The notes below the pieces were generated by a model. The model did no database searches and had not been told where the DNA came from. It worked only from the letters and a program-made list of their open reading frames with translations. From the human T2T-CHM13v2.0 reference genome, Homo sapiens, in the NCBI RefSeq assembly GCF_009914755.1, contig NC_060931.1: 64,000 nucleotides of DNA; one strand, given 5' to 3'. This document shows positions 56,238 through 64,000 of the stretch, in pieces. Position numbers and translations under genes: made by a program. Each line of letters opens with the position of its first letter. Position 1 is the stretch's first letter.

Positions 56238-56787
56238 ACTGGGCAGCTCTGCTGCATTTTCATGGTGCCCTCCTTCTTCTCTTTTGTCATCTATCCTTTG
56301 TTTCCTTCCTTTTCCTTGGGTTAGTCAGTGGTTTCTCTAGCTTTGTTTTCTTCATTGATTTTTTTGCAAAATAGATGGGAGCTCGAAGGTTTACTATGAA
56401 AGGCTAGGTTATAAATCAGTGATTTCCAAACCCAAGTCATTATTAGACTTCCAGTGAAATGTTAAAGAATACATATTGGCAGGTCTGCTCGCATAGAGTA
56501 GTAGGTCTTGTATGAAGTCAAGATACCTGTGATTTTGGAAAAAAAAAAAGACATCATACATAATTCAGATAGCTACACCCTGTGACTTTTAGCCTTAAAT
56601 CCTCAGTATTTAGGACTAGCAGCTGTTAATATGTATATTGATTATCTATATTAATTAATTGATATTGTAGCCAACAGACTAATAATTGGAGATGCTTACC
56701 CCATATGGTTGTACAAAGCTGCTAGACTGACATAGGGTTGTACAAATCCCTATGTGGTTGAGCAGAAAGCTAAACATTCCTTAAGGA

Positions 56788-57382
<595 letters not shown>

Positions 57383-57554
57383 ACTGGCTCAGATGCTGAC
57401 AGAGGGGTGTAGTGCTACATGTCTGCATGGGAATATTTGGACCAAATCTTTCCAACTCTGGCTGCATGCTATAATTAGCTGGGGAACTCTTGTAACTCAC
57501 TGGACACTAATTTAATCAAAACCTCTAGGGGTAAGAGCAGATTTTATAATTTTA

Positions 57555-57598
57555 AAAAAAGCTAACCCAGATGATTCCAAAAAAGCTAACCCAGATGA
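57555..57598. repeat. 24-bp-period tandem duplication within a MER5-like remnant
   Basis: aaaaaagctaacccagatga occurs at 57555 and at 57579. Confidence 0.9.
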
Positions 57599-57659
57599 GA
57601 TTGAGAGTCATTGTTTCAAGACTACAAGGAAAATGTTAAATGTATTCTAAATTATTGGC

Positions 57660-58260
57660 TATCAATAATAGCTAACATTTATTGTTATTTTCATGCTAAG
57701 CATCTTCCTCATATATTCTCTAACTAAATCCTTATGGTTATTTTATGGAGAAGGTACTGTTATTATTCCCTACCTTAGTCTGTTTGTGTTGCTATAACCA
57801 AATACCTAAGACTGGGTAATGTGTAATAATAGATATTTATTTCTAATGGTTCTGGAGGCTGGAAAGTCCAAGATCAAACTGCCAGTAGATTTGGCATCTC
57901 TTTCATAGATGGTGCCTTGTTGCTGTGTCCTTACCTGGAAGCAGTAATGTAAGGACAAAAGAGACACTAGTGTTGCGTTCAGTCTCTTTTATGAGGGTAC
58001 TAATCCCATTTTTGAGGGCTCTGCCCTCATGACTTCGTCACCCCCTAAAGCCCCACCTCTTAACACTATCACATTGGTGATCAATTTCAACATAAATATT
58101 GGAGGGACATATGCATTTAAACTGCAGCATTCCCATTTATAGATGATAAAACTAGGGCATTAGAGAGAAAAAATACGTCATTGAAGGACATACTTTTATG
58201 TTAGGGGGTTCATATCTAGGCACATTAATGCCAGGACTTGAGCATTTAACCATTATACTA
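57660..58260 (-). mobile_element. MIR interrupted by MSTD
   Basis: aataatagctaacatttattg...aggtactgttattattccc[LTR]atttatagatgataaaact...catttaaccattatac. Confidence 0.8.
57771..58129 (-). mobile_element. MSTD-like MaLR solo LTR
   Basis: ttctggaggctggaaagtccaagatcaa...gagggctctgccctcatgac...gccccacctcttaacactatcacattgg. Perfect 5-bp TSD TTCCC. Confidence 0.92.
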
Positions 58261-60499
58261 CCCTGTTTTCCTGAACTCTTCATTTTGACAGATGTTCTAC
58301 ATGCTTAAAAGTGACATATTATCTACATTTACTATTGTAAAATGCTAGTAAGAAATTTAACTCTAGTGTTAAGTTCTACCCATAAAATAAAATGCTTTAA
58401 TACTTTGACCAACGTTAAGATATTTTTGTATTTTTTAATCTACTCAATCAGAGACTTCTGTTAATAGTTTTACACATAGAACATAACTAAAGTTATCTCT
58501 ACCCCCCTCTCTCATTTTTCAAAGTGAAATAGGGAATTGATTTAGGCCAAATCTTCCTGCCAGTAAAAAGACATGAATGTTGATTCAGGTAGTCAGATAA
58601 CTCACCCTTCTTTGTCTTGGGTGGTAAAAATGTCATTGAATTCAAAATCAAACCTCTTTAATCTAATTATCATTTTCTTATTATAGCAAAACCTTATTTG
58701 AATGAACCCCAAATAATGGAACTTATAAATATTATGGAAACCATTCTATTTCTCCCTCATTGAGAAGCAAGGGAAGAGCAAGCAATTTGAAATCTGAGGC
58801 CTTCAAAAGGTACATCACTATTGTTCCATCCTCTGAAATTCTATTCTACTAATTATCTGCATATTTAAATAATGTTAGTTTTCTCTTGGAATCCTTTAGA
58901 AATCAACACAGAGCTGGCTGATATGACCTCAGAATTAGAAAGACAGATAATCTTCCATTTGGAATTTAGGACATGCAAAATTGTATTGTTATTTATTCTT
59001 CCTTCTCTTTTAAACATCCATACTGTTGCTGCAATTAGATATTAAGTCTCTAGGGTCTGAACATTCTTTCTGTTTTGATTCTCAGCTCCTAGCAATAAAT
59101 GACGGATTTCTTCTAGCAAATAAAGGTAGCTGGGTGATGATGGGAACAGAACAGAACCAACCTCCTGTGCAAATGGCTTTTATACAAGTCGTAACTTATA
59201 AACAAATTAATATTCCTCAGACATTTAAAGATAATGAATCAATAAAAATCATTAAATTATTGTTGATATATGTTTCCAATGCTATTCTTAATATTTATTA
59301 TAAAGTATTTATATTTTATACATTTGTTTATATATTTATTTTATTTCATTTATATTTATATAAAACATAATATGCATTTAATTTGGCCTGTTATAGTTTC
59401 ATAGAAAATCTTGCTATTCAAGGTAAAATAATAATTCTTACATTCCTTTAGTGCTTTTTATTATTCAACACCCGATTTTGCTGTTTCTTTGGATTTTCAG
59501 AATCTCTGGACTGAAAGCAAAGTAGATCTTTATTTCCATGGGTCTCTTTGCTTGGACCAAAATTTGCCCCAAAAATGAAGAAAGCAAATGGTGCTCATTC
59601 TAACAACCAGTTGTGATTTTACATAAAAACGAGTTTTCATTTGGGATGATTTAAAAACAGTCTTTCTGGTTTGAAAGAAAAAAAAGATTATTCTCAAAAT
59701 ATATGTAGCAAAAAATAAATGACTATGTAAGAGGTGAGCATGGGTATCATCACTGTTGAATTGTGAGGTAGCCTTTGGAGGGCCCTGGTACAAGCTCCCA
59801 GTGGTGCCTGGCTCTATCAGTGGTGGACATTACAGATGAATGCCCTGGGCTCCTGGGTTTTGAAGACTAAGGATTGGAATGTTCTGTGAATTATCTGAAA
59901 ACTTTTACCAAATACCAAACATGGTTTCTAAAATTGGCCTTTAAATATGTTCTTGTAAAGGAATTTCACACCTGGTATCAACAAGTACCAATAACCATTT
60001 AATGTAACTTTATACCTTAAAAGCGCCCAATCTTATTGTGCAACAGATAATTTCTATATTTAAGTACTTATCTTCTTTTCCTTCAGCATAGAATTTCTCT
60101 TAATTTTGTCCTCTTTCTGGACAAACTTCACATCTAACCCCTGCTCAGTAACTTCACCTCTTTAATTTCACAACTTGTAAAATGGGTAGATGAATAAGAC
60201 TTGATTCATAAATATTGTATTAGTTACATAAGATGAAACATGTCAAGTAATTAATAGATTAATTTTCACATTCTGGGATCTCAAATAATTGCAGGTATTA
60301 TTAATAATAATTAAAATATATTTCAAAAGGGCTTTCTTCATATAGCTATTTATAAAGTCACATAAAGATAAGTTATCATTTGGGGTAGGTTTGAAACAAT
60401 TTTCAGTATACTTGAAAACATCTTCCAACTACATATTTAAAGGATTTTTCAGATAATATAAAGAAAAGTTTATTTCAGATAATGCAGAGAAACAACTTT

Positions 60500-60700
60500 T
60501 ATGCAAAATAATTTGCCTGATCTTTACATAAACCTTCCAAATTGCTATTACCGACCCCTTTTTACAAATGTGAATCTGAGCCTCCATAGGATCATCTGTA
60601 ACCTGCCCAGCAAAATTGTACTGTTAAAAGTTAGCTGAGCTGGAACTCAAACTCAGGCTTTGACTCCCAGTCCAGTGCTCTTTCCACTCCGTCACAGTTT
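60500..60700 (-). mobile_element. MIR
   Basis: cctttttacaaatgtgaatctgagc...gagctggaactcaaactcagg...tgactcccagtccagtgctctttccact. Confidence 0.75.
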
Positions 60701-62159
60701 AATATCCAAGACCTTTTGTAACTTTGGCCACTCCTGCTTGTTAAGCACAACATTAAAGCTTTGCATACCATACTGTTTATTTTATTACCTTCTGTTTTTC
60801 AATAAGTAACAAACTATAGTGATCTTGGGGCTATCAATCTTTACTGGCTAAGAGTTATATTGGTAATTTGAAACCCAATTCTCTCTCACTCTTGAGATTC
60901 CTCTTACATTATGCCATCTGCCTTGAAGAGGGACATCATTAGATACAATGGTGGAAGCTCCTCGCTATGTCTCCTGTAATGATGGGAACTTGCTGTTCAT
61001 TTTAAAATAAAGATTCCCCTCTCTTCCTCTCAGATTGCAAATCAAAATTTGACGGACTTCTGCACTAGTGCTTCATTTTTTCCTGGTGGATACTGTCAAC
61101 CACATCATTAAATATGATTTCCCTTGATGTTACAAGCTTAGAGAACATTTTGAGTTCACCTCTAACAAGTGGACTCCACGTCATGAATCTGTGTCTTGCC
61201 CTTATTTCTGGCATCTCCTTCCTTTCCTGCTTTATGTTCTTTTTCTCTCATTTTTCCTGTAAGTTTGAAATTATTTTTATTTTGCTACACCATATGCACA
61301 TTTGTAAATACCTAAATTCTTTCTGGAACAAATCAATCATGCAACTCCAGCTTTTGTATGTAGTTAATCATTTGATTCCTGGATACCTGGCTGTTCCAAA
61401 AAAAAAAAAAATCTAGAGATACCATACATTTTATCTTGCTTTTCTTCAGCTAGCCAATTTATGGTATAACATTGTTAGGATCCGTAAGAGGTTTAGGACT
61501 GCTTCTGAGCAGTGACTATGACATAAAAAGATTAGCTATCCCTGCAGAAAGTTGTAAACAGTTTTCTCTATGTGAGAATTATTAGATCACAGAAGATTTT
61601 GCTGAGAAAATTGTAGGAAAAAAATACAACCTTTCTTATTAGTCATTTTTTTAAATAGACAAGGCATTAAAAACTATACCATGGAAGAGAATGCTCAGCT
61701 GAAGACTGGATTGACTGGAAGCCCCAAGACTCTAAGTGAAATCTCTCATTCATAAATCAAATGATTGGATAAAGATTCTGCTTAGAAAAAAATTTTCATT
61801 CCTTTACATAATACTTTAGTCTCTTACAAAACATTTATTTAAAATATTTCAAATAGTGCCATCCAACTGCCTTCCCTTTCCACTGACCTCCTACCCAGCA
61901 CCTTTAAATTGGGCAGCAGGAGATGTTGTACTGAACATATTATCTCTATAATTTCTCAGGCCCCTCAGCTGGAGTTCAGGATCAATTCTCACACTTTAAT
62001 CCTATCTGCCAAAGAATTTTTAAACTACATAACTGACAAATAACCTCAGCTGTAATTTATGGATCTTTCCTCCATGGGAAATAGATAGTTATATCTGGTT
62101 TTTCATAAAAATTGCCTTATAACACTGTAAAAGCTGAGAGATCTTATTAGGACCACTGA

Positions 62160-62161
<2 letters not shown>

Positions 62162-62206
<45 letters not shown>
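62162..62206. repeat. (AC)22 microsatellite
   Basis: Read directly. Confidence 0.98.
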
Positions 62207-62207
<1 letters not shown>

Positions 62208-62539
62208 CAGAGCAACAGCAAAACAGCAGCCACATTTTGTGTCTTTAATGAAGGATACATTCTGTATGTAGCCCCATTAGATTTCTCATTCTCAGTCTAA
62301 TGTTATTATATTCCTTTTTTAAAATGTTTAAATTTCATTGATACTCTTCCAATTCCCTCTCCCAAAAGGGTATTCTGGTCACATCATTATCTGCCTTCCT
62401 AATTAGAATATTATTACTTTAGGAAAAGCATGATATGTAATGTATTTAGATGGTGGTGTTTATTGAGTTGCATATGTATTTATGTGAAAGATAGCAATTT
62501 TAAAAAATCTCATGTATATATCAAGACTCCATAATGCTT

Positions 62540-63340
62540 CCTTATGTATCCAATTGCTTATCTGTCATCCACATCCAGGCTTTTTAAGAGGTCAGTATGT
62601 ATAAAACTATATCATTATCCCTCCTTATACGTAGTCCTCTTTCCATATTCATATTTCAGTGAATGCCATGACCATCTTGTTTTTCCTCAATGAGCATTTT
62701 AATACGCTATCTCCTAAATAGCCCCTAAGTCTATCTGCTCCCCTTCTCCCCCAGTGTTATTGTAACCACTCCCCTGAATTAACATCATAGGCTCCGAACC
62801 CAATTCTTCTCCTGGATTTTGTGGTCTTATGCTATTTCCACTCATTCTCCAAATGTAACCGGAAAGACCATCCCAAAATGTAATACAAACCTTTTTAAAT
62901 GCCCATTTAAAACCCTTTGGGGTGGTTGTTGGTCTACTTTATTTTTTATTCTTTTAGAAGAAATTTAAACTATTTAACATGGCTAAGATTTCTTCCAGGT
63001 TTGCTTCCTTCTTTAGCCTCACCATTCCCCTTCTGAATAATCCATTGCTTTAGTTGTAGGAAGCTGTCTTTATTTTTACAATGGATTTTGTATTTCTATT
63101 GACTCATTGTCCTTCCTTTTTAGATAAGAAATCTTGCCCAGTGACCCTTTCCTCTACCAGAACTCACTTAGGTATCCCTGTTGCTAGATACTTGGATATG
63201 ATTTCCCCACTTTTACTACTTGTCCACTGTATTTTAATTGTTTACGTTATGTCTGTATCTCCCCACCAGATTGTAAGCAATCTGTGTCCTGTTCATCTTC
63301 TAATATACACCACCAACACCCAACATTACTCAGTTCATAC
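62540..63340 (+). mobile_element. Degenerate L2 fragments
   Basis: tatatttcagtgaatgccatgaccatc and tgtctgtatctccccaccagattgtaagc...tgtgtcctgttcatct. Confidence 0.55.
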
Positions 63341-64000
63341 ATTTTCAGTGCATTTTTTCTCTTGTTCTCCAGCTTTCTTTTCATATCCCCTTAGTAGCAA
63401 CTTATGTTACAGCCTCATTGTTTAAATTATGCTAGAAAATACTCATATTAAAGATTCAATTACATATAAAAATAAAAATATACTAAATGACTACTAAATT
63501 CTGTCAAACACTTAAAGATACTTACTATGGGGACATCAAAATAAGACTTAATTTGCTAAAATATTTTTTATGTTACTGAAAACAAGATGTTTCAAACCTT
63601 AGCATATTTCTAGGTTGTATCACTCCTTTTATTTTATCTTTTTCTCATAGGCAATATTTTTTTTCCTATTGAACATATGATATAGCTATTATTATCTTGA
63701 TTTATATGCTGGAAATAATGAAGTTGGAAAAAGGGTTTAAGAAGTAATTCTTATGCCCCTTGATAAGGCTGGACTTAAAACTTCTGAATGATAAACCTGT
63801 TTAATTTCAAAACAACCTGAGAATGTATGCTTCAGGAACAATGTAGCATGGGCTTCAATTATAACCAATTTTATATAAAGATAGAATGCAATTTGTTCAA
63901 AAATTGTATTTTGACAATGGGTAATACTGCTTGACATTACAAAATACTGCAAAACATTTTATAGTGGACTTATAAGTAACTTAAATACTGAAATATTTAT

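Noticed and set aside
59026-63425. 100-114-aa hydrophobic ORFs (59026, 61114, 63081)
   Set aside because: They reflect T-rich low-complexity or L2-derived sequence and have no recognisable domain.

Overview
AT-rich, CpG-poor primate (human or ape-like; contains AluY with intact TSDs) non-coding DNA. It is either intergenic or deep intronic. I find no protein-coding gene, RNA gene, CpG island or prokaryote-type system. The ORF track is explained by Alu, L1 and LTR fragments, microsatellites and chance. The only ORF with real protein homology is a dead L1 ORF2 C-terminal fragment (5529-6047). Much of the window is interspersed repeat: Alus of J, S and Y age, L1PA/PB/MA/MB/MC/ME, L2, MIR, ERV1 and MaLR solo LTRs, and hAT/Tigger fossils, often nested. 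The signals most worth follow-up are: (i) a possible minus-strand promoter and first exon at ~43.3 kb with candidate downstream exons and an adjacent MEIS/E-box motif cluster; (ii) a frame-preserving MIR-derived cassette-exon candidate; (iii) MaLR LTRs carrying a DUX4 motif or an improved splice donor; (iv) several local duplications and template-switch scars. Repeat subfamily names come from my memory of consensus sequences. Boundaries are hand-read and approximate unless a TSD is given. I see no evidence of a novel biological system.
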